NCBI GenBank assembly: GCA_046293555.1
Contig: JBKBOT010000037.1
Span: forward strand, 1-12,647
Origin: Pyrobaculum sp.
GTDB lineage: Archaea; Thermoproteota; Thermoprotei; Thermoproteales; Thermoproteaceae
DNA: 12,647 nucleotides
Direction of reading: 5' to 3'
Shown here: piece after piece, positions 1 to 8,717 of the stretch
How the letters are laid out: every line of letters starts with the position of its first letter
How positions within the stretch are numbered: the first letter of the stretch is position 1
Notes under the pieces: model-generated
Database searches by the model: none
The model's input: the letters and a program-made list of their open reading frames with translations, nothing else
Told to the model about the DNA's origin: nothing
Position numbers and translations under genes: made by a program

Positions 1-81
1 ACACCGGGCACGGTAGAAAAGGCACAAGAGATGGGGGTCTGGCTAATAGAAAACGTAAAAGAAAGGACAAAAGTACTCTAG
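1..81 (+). CDS. 3' end of a PaREP coiled-coil/PD-(D/E)XK family gene (partial, runs in from the left edge)
   Basis: Frame 1 reads TPGTVEKAQEMGVWLIENVKERTKVL* (TAG 79-81). This closely matches the C-terminus of the 9696-10379 protein (PDAVEKARELGVWLV). Confidence 0.75.
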   Translation, partial: TPGTVEKAQEMGVWLIENVKERTKVL

Positions 82-824
82 ACGCGATTAATCATGACGA
101 TACGTCACAGAGGCGGCCTTAAATCGTTGAAAACCACGGCAACAACGCGACCTCATGTGAGAGGATGCCCCCACATCCACACAGCCAGAAATCTCGAGTT
201 GTGACACATCACCTTGTAGTCGCGCTATAGCCCAAGTGATGTACCACACGCCGATCCAAGCCCGCGGAGACTCCTATTTTTGGCCAAGAGAGAATTTCCG
301 CCACTTAGGCAGATGTGGGATTTGTCACAACTTCTGTCGTGCCATTGACATGGCTGTCCCATCTTTACACGACCCACAGACGGCGAGCTTGTCCCTACGG
401 TCCACATCTTCGATACGTGGCCCATTCTGGACTACGTTATACGGAAGTCCAGGTCTGACGCCGGCTTTTATGGACATGGCGAGCCACTACGCCAAGCGGC
501 AACTACCAGATCCCCCAAATAGAACTCGGCACCATGGCAAACATCTCACACACCTCCCTCATGTGGACAGGGGCCTTCGGCCTTCAAAGTTGAGAATAGA
601 GACCAAGCCCTAGAGGCCCACGTCTCTGTTTGGCACAAGCCTTAATTGTCTCGGTGTTGGGGTGGCGTGTGGCCGCGACGCGCGTTCACACGACAGACTA
701 CAGAAAAACCGTTAACGAACATGTACACAGACAGAGGGACCCCAGACGGCACAACCGCGGGCCCAAAACCCAAACCCACACACCTCACGACTCCCAACCC
801 CCAACAAGTATCTCAAAACCTCTG

Positions 825-1601
825 TCACCTAGCCAACAGGTCTTGAAATATTTCCTCTACCACGTCTGGCGTTACGACCCGCTTCTTGGCAAACTCTCTG
901 ATGACAGTGGTTAGAGGTATGTCTTTGCCTTCAAGTTTTATTTCTATCATTTTCGAGTATAGGTAGAGTAGGGCGTCAGAAGTTATGGCAAATCCAGATG
1001 TCTTTACTTTCACCTCTTCAGAGACTTCATGTAGATTTTCATCTATCTTTTTGTCAAACGATTGTGCAATAACCACAAAATATATTTTTATATCTTTATT
1101 TTTAGATTTTTCTAGAATCTCCAATGCATACTTGTTTATATATGACACCATTGCCCTTCGGTCGTCTGCAGTCATGTGGTAGTTATGTAGATTTTTGCAG
1201 TCATATATCACGGCAAGTACCTCACCTATGTAGGCTATGCCATCTGGATACTCTCCAGGAGCCTGGTGGCCTAGTTCATCTACCTTAAATCCCAACAGTC
1301 TGAACACTCCTGCAGTCAGCTGTTCAAACTCCCTATAGTCCCCAGGCCTTAACAACTTTAAGAAATACTGCCCCACATATATATAACCGCCGGCATCTCC
1401 TAATGGCTCCTGTGTTGACACAGGCCGCGTACCTGCTTTCTTCTTAGGGATGGTAAAAGACGTGGTCTTTCCCTCGTAGTAGTTAAACACGCCGCCACAT
1501 TTGGGACACTTCAGCCTATATACGGTGTAGATACTATACCTCCAACTCTCTCTCACCTGCCTAAAGCCGGGGCCCCTATACCCACAATATGGACATTCCA
1601 C
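825..1601 (-). CDS. Zinc-ribbon + FokI-like PD-(D/E)XK cleavage-domain endonuclease (258 aa)
   Basis: N-terminal CPYC...CPKC. The C-terminal FEQLTAGVFRLLGF...LG...PDG...IYDCK...Y.MTADDRRAMVSYI parallels the FokI nuclease domain (LG...KPDG...IVDTKAY...QADEMQRYV). An AT-rich promoter lies directly upstream. Confidence 0.8.
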   Translation of the reverse strand: MECPYCGYRGPGFRQVRESWRYSIYTVYRLKCPKCGGVFNYYEGKTTSFTIPKKKAGTRPVSTQEPLGDAGGYIYVGQYFLKLLRPGDYREFEQLTAGVFRLLGFKVDELGHQAPGEYPDGIAYIGEVLAVIYDCKNLHNYHMTADDRRAMVSYINKYALEILEKSKNKDIKIYFVVIAQSFDKKIDENLHEVSEEVKVKTSGFAITSDALLYLYSKMIEIKLEGKDIPLTTVIREFAKKRVVTPDVVEEIFQDLLAR

Positions 1602-1609
1602 TATATTGA

Positions 1610-1638
1610 AATTAAAATATTTTTAAATATTTTTAATT
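1610..1638. promoter_or_regulatory. AT-only near-palindrome covering the TATA region of the 825-1601 gene
   Basis: AATTAAAATATTTTTAAATATTTTTAATT lies 9-37 nt upstream of the GTG start. The arms AATTAAAA and TTTTAATT are exact complements. Confidence 0.45.
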
Positions 1639-2052
1639 AGCTTGACTTTTCTTTCTTTCCTCCTTTCTTGCCGCAACCTCTCGCCATGTAGGTTTCGACA
1701 CGTATAGATAAAACACTAGCTGCATATTGTAGAAATAATAACAACCGCCGGCCGGCTCCACACCTAGTGCGGCCTCCAGCCGACGGCCATCCGCGGGCCG
1801 CACCTGACGATAGACGCCTCTCTAAGCATCCCGTTTCAGCCCAAGACCTTTTTGTGCTCAACTCACCATGATATAGTATAGCTTAGCCTTCTTTTTAGAC
1901 GCCTAGAGGAAGGCCCTAACCCCCCTTTCTCTCTTTATTCTCTTTGTGTTGTCAGAAATAACGACAAACGCCTTTAAGCTGCCAGGAAAACGTCGCCTAG
2001 TACGCCGGCGCGGCGGTGTTTTTAACGCTGGCATAGATAAAACGCAGAGACA

Positions 2053-2109
2053 ACCCTAAAACGGAGGAGAAAAACTTAAAACCCTCAAAAACAAACATCT
2101 AGCAACACA
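2053..2109 (+). promoter_or_regulatory. CRISPR leader, proximal part, with BRE/TATA
   Basis: GAGAAAAACTTAAAA (2067-2081) ends 28 nt before the first repeat. The identical 15-mer precedes the other repeat on the minus strand (12306-12320), and the following CCTC(C)AAAAACAAA is also shared. Confidence 0.8.
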
Positions 2110-2191
2110 GAATCTCAAAAAGAGGAGAAATGAAAGAGGATTGAAAGAGGGACCAAACCCCCTCTCTGAATCTCGAAAAGAGGGTTGAAAG
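2110..2191 (+). CRISPR. Mini CRISPR array: disrupted repeat, 20-nt spacer, variant repeat
   Basis: Repeat 1 is GAATCTCAAAAAGAGGA[GAAATGAAAGAGGA]TTGAAAG (2110-2147, 14-nt insertion). The spacer is AGGGACCAAACCCCCTCTCT (2148-2167). Repeat 2 is GAATCTCGAAAAGAGGGTTGAAAG (2168-2191, 2 mismatches to consensus). The (A)TTGAAAG ends match the crenarchaeal crRNA 5' tag. Confidence 0.8.
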
Positions 2192-2764
2192 AAGATCTTT
2201 CTCTAATTTTTTGCTCCTTCTTGACACCTTTCTATTTTAGACATAGTTGTGGCATAAATGTATAAGGATATCATTTTGCTGGCGTTGTGTGTTTATGTTC
2301 TCTTTTTTGGTGGCCGCGTTTTTTGTGGCGCGGTATACGGTTTTTGCCCTTCATGGCGCCGCCTATCAGCTAGGAAATGGCAATATCTCGTTTGGCAACT
2401 CCCCTGTGCCCTTTGGGGTCTGGATGTCCAGGCCGTGTGTATATTCCCAACGTCACGGGTCTCTCCCGGCGTTGGATAGACGGCGGTCAGCTTGCCAGAA
2501 GCGGTTTCGTTATAGAGGGCGTCGTGTGGGACTTGTCTATTATCATTGTGCCTGTACCGCAGATCTCAAAGGCCAAGATCTTTTAACTGCCTATCAGCCT
2601 ATCGCTTCACGCAAGATGGGTTCAGTTCCGGGCCGGCATTCACGTAAAGACCCGAGTAAGCTCTGTAAGATGGATTGCGGTATTTTGTGGGGTCTAGGTG
2701 GGTGTCAATAAGTTATTCTTAGGTGATAATGTGAAAATAGAGTTAAAAGGGGAGGGGTGTTGAT

Positions 2765-3184
2765 ATGAACATGCTGCCGGTTGACGCCCTAAGCTTTAGT
2801 GACCCCGAGGAGAGTGTCAGGCTTAGGCTTGCTGAGAAATACCTATCGGAGGCCGAGGAATATGTCTCAAGGGGGGATGCCATACGGGCGTCTGAAATGG
2901 CGTATAAGGCCGCTGAGGAGTTAGTTAAGGCCCTGGCGGAGAGGCTGAGGACTAGGGAGTATCAACAGGCGCAGAGAGAGGGAAGGTGGTATACATATAT
3001 GCTGTTTAAAGCCGCCGTAACCATATCGACGAGTTTGGGCAGGTGGGTGTTAGATGGGTGGAACTCGGCGTATTCGCTTCACGTCTGGGGGTTTCACGAG
3101 AACAAGCTGGACGTAGAGGAGGTGAAGACAGCTATGGAGAAGATAAAACAGATGCTAGAGGAGACAAAAAGAGTCTTGCCCTAA
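2765..3184 (+). CDS. PaREP1 family protein (HEPN-like, 139 aa)
   Basis: LAEKYLSEAEEY..RGDAIRASEMAYKAAEELVKALA...GRW...W..AYSLHVWGFHE is the typical PaREP1 pattern. A TATA-like GTTAAAA lies upstream. Confidence 0.9.
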   Translation: MNMLPVDALSFSDPEESVRLRLAEKYLSEAEEYVSRGDAIRASEMAYKAAEELVKALAERLRTREYQQAQREGRWYTYMLFKAAVTISTSLGRWVLDGWNSAYSLHVWGFHENKLDVEEVKTAMEKIKQMLEETKRVLP

Positions 3185-3939
3185 CTTTCCGCCACCGTTT
3201 TAAGTCTCTGTTGTCGCATGGACGCCCCCCTCTCCGCCCGCGGCATGACTCACCACAAGTCGCCTGCCTTGAGTTGCCGGGTCTTGCCTCTATTGGCTCC
3301 GCCGTCATTAAGGCGGAAGAAGGAGAAAAAATTCGACAAAACTGGCCATGTGGGCGTAAGCCGTCTCGGATTCCGCCGCTAGGTCACCACGTATGGCAAG
3401 CCGTCATGTAGACTGAGGCCGTTCCTACCCCCCGCGCGGGCCGTGACGGCGTAGCGGCCCCAACAACTCTGGAGAGGCGCCGCCGCCCCTCTGTCGCGTG
3501 GCCACAACTCGACGGCAGAGATATAGAGAGCCCATCGGCACACACAACGCCACCTACCCCGCCGCCCTTACCACAGCGGGGTACTCCCCAAAAGGTCTAT
3601 GTCCCACACACCCCCGCCCTGGCGGAGACAAAGCCGCACTTACAGCCTCCAGATCCCAGTCTCTAGGCAAGCCGCCTGTAACCAGCACCACAAGTCACGC
3701 AGCATTCTCTCTCGAGCCCCGTGCCCCACACTAACGCCAAGATGTAACACTGTACAAAGACGTGACGGGGGAAGACACCCCTTTTTATCTCAGCCGGCGT
3801 AAATACACCCGACCGCGCCCTAGCGCCATAGCGGCAGAGGGGGCTATCTACAGAACATACCCCAGTTACCTTGTTCCACAGATGCGGTGTCTCTTTTCGA
3901 CGTGTCTGTTGTTTCAAATATTAATGAGTGGTAAACTCT

Positions 3940-4767
3940 ATGGATGGACAAGAGGTCTTTGCCCCTGCGGTGAGCTTCGTACAGATGTTTGCCTCTCTCA
4001 CCATAGGCCTGCTGTTCGGGGCCGCTTTCGGGGAGCTGGCCCTTTCCCCACTCCTACGAAGGGGGGTAATAGACAAGATCATGGGGGCCATTGCCGGCAG
4101 CGTCCTAATCGTGCTAATTGTCGTTATACACCACAACCTCTCCAACCTGCAGTTCTACAGCCCCCTTTACTTCATTCTCGGCACCGCGCTGGGGTCACTA
4201 ATCGGCTTGGCACGCGGGCTGGCAGAAAGCCGGCGGCCCGCACCCAGACAGCCCACGGCGTCTCTTAGATACAAGAAGTACAGAGAGACACTTAAAAGAA
4301 AGGCTGGCGACTGTGAAGATGCGCCTCTTAGATACGAGAAGTACCGCCCGCTCAGGCCGACGAAGGAGGTTCTGGAGGCTATAGTAGCCGACGTCCTCAC
4401 AGACCTGGGCTTCCATGTGCAGACCAACGCCAAGCTGGAGTCTAAATCATCAGGCGCACCCATAGAAGTAGACGTCTGGGCAGAGGCGCCAGGAGGCAAT
4501 CTCACCGTCTACGTCTCATGCAAAAACTGGAACAAGCCTATCGACAGGTCTAAAATATACTTGGAATGCAAAAGAGTAGAAGACCTTAAAGACCAGCCAC
4601 ACCTAAAAATCATAGTAGTCAAAGAGCTGACAAACCCCGCCGAAGATGTGGCAAAATCCTGCGGATTCCGTGTGATAGACCTCGGCACGAAGGCAAACTA
4701 CCACAACGCCGCCAAAATATATCAACACATCTGCAGAGAGCTCAGAACACTACTACCCACAGAGTAG
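3940..4767 (+). CDS. Membrane-anchored Mrr-like PD-(D/E)XK restriction endonuclease-fold protein
   Basis: About 3 hydrophobic N-terminal helices, then LEAIVADVLTDLGF...IEVDVWA...VYVSCKNWNKPIDR. ATG 3940 is preferred to GTG 3928 on spacing from the AATATTAA box (3916-3923). Confidence 0.8.
   Translation: MDGQEVFAPAVSFVQMFASLTIGLLFGAAFGELALSPLLRRGVIDKIMGAIAGSVLIVLIVVIHHNLSNLQFYSPLYFILGTALGSLIGLARGLAESRRPAPRQPTASLRYKKYRETLKRKAGDCEDAPLRYEKYRPLRPTKEVLEAIVADVLTDLGFHVQTNAKLESKSSGAPIEVDVWAEAPGGNLTVYVSCKNWNKPIDRSKIYLECKRVEDLKDQPHLKIIVVKELTNPAEDVAKSCGFRVIDLGTKANYHNAAKIYQHICRELRTLLPTE
4258..4344 (+). repeat. In-frame 24-bp direct repeat (22/24 identical, period 63 bp)
   Basis: GCGTCTCTTAGATACAAGAAGTAC (4258-4281) and GCGCCTCTTAGATACGAGAAGTAC (4321-4344), encoding ASLRYKKY and APLRYEKY. 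Confidence 0.85.
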
Positions 4768-4848
4768 CCAAGAGAGTTCAGAACTAGAAACCTCAAGCAG
4801 CTTGCATTAGGCGAACCTTAAAGAAAAGGCATAATCAAAATTATGAAT

Positions 4849-5580
4849 TTACTGTGGTTTTAAAAGATCTCGTAGAAACTCTCTTAGCTCGGCAATTGGC
4901 TTTACTTTAGAATATATAATTCCGAAATCTTCTTTTTCGCCGTACTTTATTTTATATGTATTTATTAAATCTTTGTATTTTTCTGGGTCTGTTATAAATG
5001 TACAATCTAATACGTGCTGTATTATATATCGATTAGTGTCTATTTCAAGTTCTTTATCTTTGTTAGTGGTTATTAATATGAATTTCACGTCTATTTTTTC
5101 CCGTGACTGTGTTAGTAACTTCCAAAATGCTGTCTCAGTTAGCCGTTCGCGTAGGCTTGTCTTACATGAGATAACTACCTTTACATTTCTACTTAGCTTG
5201 TCTACTATAGCTATGTCGACATCTGGAAGTATATCACTCCAGTTTCTTATCTGTAGTTGTTCTTTCACATTCTTATCTTCTTTGATGTTACGGCCTGAGA
5301 TTACTTCAAAATATTCTTCAAGTTTTTCTTCTTCTATTATTTGTTTAATGGCATTAACTACTGCATATTCATAAAGCAGCCCTTTGTAATTTTTCCAAGC
5401 TTGATCTTTACTTCTTTGGTTTTCATAATAATTATCTAATATGGCCCTTAAATTTTCTTCAGCTATTTTTTCAAACTCTTCAAGAGCCCTTATAAAGTTA
5501 TTTTCATACCGATTCTTGACAATATTTTAATATTCTTTCATTAATTTCTTTATTACAAACTTTCTAGGCGGAGTTTTCAC
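4849..5580 (-). pseudogene. BsaWI/Cfr10I-like type II restriction endonuclease with premature TAA at codon 18
   Basis: GTG 5580 overlaps the MTase stop (GTGA). The frame reads MKTPPRKFVIKKLMKEY* (TAA 5529-5527) and continues open in the same frame through DQAWKNYKGLLYE...PDVDIAIV...ISCKTSLRER to 4849. The ORF-track 139-aa ORF is only the C-terminal part. Confidence 0.8.
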
Positions 5581-6428
5581 AAGTGTATTAATTTTCTTTC
5601 AAATATTTTTCCCTCTTTAATTAATCTGTTTTTCGCGATTTCACAATATTTGCTAGATATTTCAACTCCTATACCTCTTCTTTCTAAAAGTGCGGCGGCT
5701 ATAAGTGTGGTACCGCTACCGAGGAATGGGTCTAATATCACATCGCCTACAAAGCTAAACAGCTTGATGCACCTCTTTGGCAACTCCAGCGGAAACGGCG
5801 ATGGGTGACCTACCTTTTTTGGGTTCTCGCCTGGAAACGTCCACAGGCCGTTGGTCCACTCTATGAACTCGTTTCGTGTGATGTCTGAAATACCGCTACC
5901 GCTTGTTTTTTTCCACCGCCTTTTATACAAAACTACTATGGCCTCCACCGGCGCAATCACATACGGCGCCGATGCGCTAAGCCAAGAACCCCACGCCGTT
6001 CTCCTTGATATATTTTGTTCATTCCATATAATTGTGGTGAAGTACTTCCACCCAACTTTTTTCGCCGTCGAAACTATGTCGGCATATACAGATTGAAAAC
6101 CTTCTTCATTTCTCCCCCTGCTTTTGTCAATCGGGATGTTTAGACACATCCTCCCGTCGTCTTTAACCAAATCCAGGGCTTTCCTAAGCCACCTTTCTGT
6201 AAATTCAAGATACTTATCATATGGTATATCGTCCCTAAATGATTCATACTGAATATCGACGTTATAAGGAGGCGAAGTTACTATTAGATCAACAGAGTTA
6301 GGCTTTATCAAGTCTGTAGTTAAGAAGTCGTCATTTATAATTACATGACAATCTTGGCCGATAAAGTAAATTCTATTATCCTCAGCAGATTTCAGAATGT
6401 CGCATACAGAGTTAGCTCTCACATCCAC
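5577..6428 (-). CDS. Beta-class amino DNA methyltransferase (N6_N4_Mtase, probably N4-mC)
   Basis: Motif IV TSPPY precedes HPSPFP and motif I DPFLGSGTT. It is translationally coupled to the REase gene. Confidence 0.95.
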   Translation of the reverse strand: MDVRANSVCDILKSAEDNRIYFIGQDCHVIINDDFLTTDLIKPNSVDLIVTSPPYNVDIQYESFRDDIPYDKYLEFTERWLRKALDLVKDDGRMCLNIPIDKSRGRNEEGFQSVYADIVSTAKKVGWKYFTTIIWNEQNISRRTAWGSWLSASAPYVIAPVEAIVVLYKRRWKKTSGSGISDITRNEFIEWTNGLWTFPGENPKKVGHPSPFPLELPKRCIKLFSFVGDVILDPFLGSGTTLIAAALLERRGIGVEISSKYCEIAKNRLIKEGKIFERKLIHL

Positions 6429-6680
6429 ATATCAATATTTACCTTTTATATTCAACTTCCAGGTCTCCACTCCTAAGGTTGCCGCCAAGCCCGCCTAATT
6501 ACTGAAAAATGCAAAAAACAACCTCTAGCACCGTTGATTAATCTAATACTCTCCATATCATGTGTATTATGTTTCCTACTATCAGATCTTTGTTTCAGAA
6601 CCTTAATACCGTGGACGTTTTCTACAGTTATTTATGTCAAAACCACGAGCTTGAAGAGGCTTTTTTAGAAGTTACTTTAG

Positions 6681-7344
6681 ATATTGGCTGTCTACAAGTC
6701 GTTACGGGAGAGTTATGAGTATCTAAAGTATGACGAGGCCGGGTGGTTTTTTGTAGTGGAGATGAAGCCGAGACGTAAGTTCCTCTGGAGGGAAATAACG
6801 AAAGGGCCAGGTCTGAAGAAGACGAGGGGGTAAGGTCTCTAGAAAAAGTTCTGACTACTCTGCAGCTTTCGGAAGGGAGGCGTCTTCGGGTGAAAACTGG
6901 CGTGAGTCAGCCCGAGGTGCAAAGTGTGAGAAACCACGAGATGAAGATCGGAGGAGGGCTAGAGTCAGCCTGCGTGTGGCTGTTGCTAAGTTACGTTCAG
7001 CGTTGCGAAGGCTTGCGTGGGGTTTGGGTAGGCGTGTAAGTATGTGAAGGTGGAGAATTACCATCATGGAGTTTCGGTGGTTACATACGAGCTGTTAGCG
7101 CCTTGTGGGGAGAGCTATGTTCGCCCTATGTTGTGGAATATAGGGGCTATCTTGGCGTAGCCCCGCTGTGTCTAGAGAATTTTAGCCCTGAGTTTGTGGT
7201 CTCCGAGTTGAAGAAGATCTCGTATTTTTCCAGGTTCACTGGGACTAGAGTGTCCTTACAATTTTGGAAAAGCTGTTGGCGATATCTGTCTTCGACACTT
7301 TCTTTATTGCTTTACGGAGAATTAGAGAGAAGACTTAGCACTAA
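6681..7344 (+). pseudogene. Decayed C-terminal part of an archaeal pentapeptide-repeat-associated membrane protein
   Basis: Collinear fragments occur in shifting frames: LAVYKSLRESYEYLKYDEAGWFFVVEM, YELLAPCGESYVRPMLW, VFFQ, LTILEKLLAI...FFIALRR/(K)LERRL. They match my recollection of this family's conserved C-terminus. There are several stops and frameshifts. Confidence 0.55.
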
Positions 7345-7750
7345 CAGCACCACGTAGGTTTTTGCAATAATGTTAGTTTTGATTTTTAGCCTCAGAAAGC
7401 CTACTGAGAAATTTCGACCGCGTACTGCCGGACTCCACGAGAGACTCGCCAGGATATATGCCCCGTTGCGAGGTTGGGAGTTCTCCAGCTCGGTCTATCT
7501 CCCAAGGCTTTGATATCGTGCTTTTCAGAAGTGTTGTAGACAGAGGAGTATTCCGCGCGGGGTTTGATGTACTGGGAGTTATGCCGAGACTCTTGTGCGT
7601 CGCCGTTTGGGTGTTCGACTTATGTACAATAGCGGAGGTAAGACATGCCGACATGTGGAAGTGGACCTCTAGATGCGTTCTGCGTCTGATCGCCGAGCCA
7701 GGGTTGGCGCTACTATTGTGTGAGTAGGAAAATTTATATTTTAATCTCTC

Positions 7751-8038
7751 TTATAAATCTAAAAACCGGATCTTGCCGTTCCGTACGTGTGCCACCCAGG
7801 CTGAACCTCTGTTACGTCTGGCTAGCTTCTTTAGTTCTTTAATTTCTTTTCTACTTATACGTGCTTTGCCACTCTTTACCTGGACGTAGGTTTTTCCCCA
7901 GGGACACTTTGCGGAAACGTCTGCAGGCCCGCGGCTTCCGGGGCTTAGCTTGGGTTTACAACCGTGCCTAGCTAGATATCTGGCTACTTCTAGTTCAGCC
8001 AGCCTCCCCTTATGATAAGGGCTTTCTTCCATAGACAT
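7751..8038 (-). CDS. Small Hjc (Holliday-junction resolvase)-like PD-(D/E)XK nuclease (95 aa)
   Basis: KGRLAELEVARYL...G...SPGSRGPAD...VQVKS...EIKELKKLA. The protein is very basic. Confidence 0.8.
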   Translation of the reverse strand: MSMEESPYHKGRLAELEVARYLARHGCKPKLSPGSRGPADVSAKCPWGKTYVQVKSGKARISRKEIKELKKLARRNRGSAWVAHVRNGKIRFLDL

Positions 8039-8095
8039 GGATAATGAGGGTTATACGAAGGTGTGAGTGGCGGTGTAGCTATCGGCTGTATGGGT

Positions 8096-8479
8096 CTAGC
8101 ACCCAACTCTGGTGGCTTGGGTGATGAGTTGCTTGTCGAAGGTTAGAAGCGGTATCTTTAGCCTTTTTGCAATGGCTAATAAGAGTTTGTCGTTGAATCT
8201 GGCTAGGGAGGTCTTTTCGTCTTTTATCGTCTGGATAGCCCTCATTATGTCGTCTTTTGTTGCGGAGACGATTACTAGCTTTCTGTGTGTCAGTAGTGCT
8301 GATGTATACTCTAATGCGGGGTCGTTTCCTAGCTTGTTGCGAAGGGTCCACACCACCTCGTAGATTACTAACGTGGGTGTTATCCACTCCGAGAGTTCTT
8401 CAAGTATTTCCCTGGCGGCGTTGTGGTGTACCTGATCTCTTAGCGCCCTATAGACGTTGGAGTCAACTACCACCCTCAT
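8096..8479 (-). CDS. vapC: PIN-domain ribonuclease toxin
   Basis: MRVVVDSNV...VIYEV...FNDKLLLAIA...LLTFDK carries the PIN acidic residues. It overlaps the upstream antitoxin by 17 bp. Confidence 0.93.
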   Translation of the reverse strand: MRVVVDSNVYRALRDQVHHNAAREILEELSEWITPTLVIYEVVWTLRNKLGNDPALEYTSALLTHRKLVIVSATKDDIMRAIQTIKDEKTSLARFNDKLLLAIAKRLKIPLLTFDKQLITQATRVGC

Positions 8480-8717
8480 CCGACATCTCTGCTTGCCGCA
8501 GTATCTCCTCGCCTATCGTCTCCTCTATTTCCTCCACTGCGATCTGCCTCCCTAGCTCGTATGTTGGCAGTTCCTCTTTTTCAATTATTATCTTGTTTCC
8601 TCTGGTGGTGACCTTTAGCCGGTCGCCGGGCTTGAGTCCAACCCCGGGTGGGAGTTTGATTTGGAGGTCTCGGCCCACCTCCTCGACGTATCTCTTCCGT
8701 TTCTTCTTTACCGCCAC
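8463..8717 (-). CDS. vapB: AbrB/SpoVT-type antitoxin
   Basis: VGRDLQIKLP...GLKPGDRLKV...GNKIIIEK swapped-hairpin pattern with an acidic C-terminus, immediately upstream of vapC. Confidence 0.85.
   Translation of the reverse strand: MAVKKKRKRYVEEVGRDLQIKLPPGVGLKPGDRLKVTTRGNKIIIEKEELPTYELGRQIAVEEIEETIGEEILRQAEMSDEGGS

Noticed and set aside
598-610. AGAGACCAAGCCC, 11/13 match to the start of the mini-array spacer
   Set aside because: Too short to distinguish from chance.
236-914. ORFs 236-613, 225-425, 630-914 and 646-846
   Set aside because: No recognisable motifs and atypical composition. This may be decayed coding sequence but cannot be assigned.
2247-2711. Three overlapping + strand ORFs after the mini-array
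   Set aside because: None is convincing. They may be a frameshifted remnant, but no family is recognisable.
3480-3880. Possible decayed vWA-domain gene on the minus strand (GTGLE...LVVLVTGGLP)
   Set aside because: Only two short, weak motifs among many stops and no intact MIDAS motif.
4258-4344. 24-bp repeats 39 bp apart, CRISPR-like geometry
   Set aside because: Only two copies, unrelated to the real CRISPR repeat, no leader, and in frame within a coding gene.
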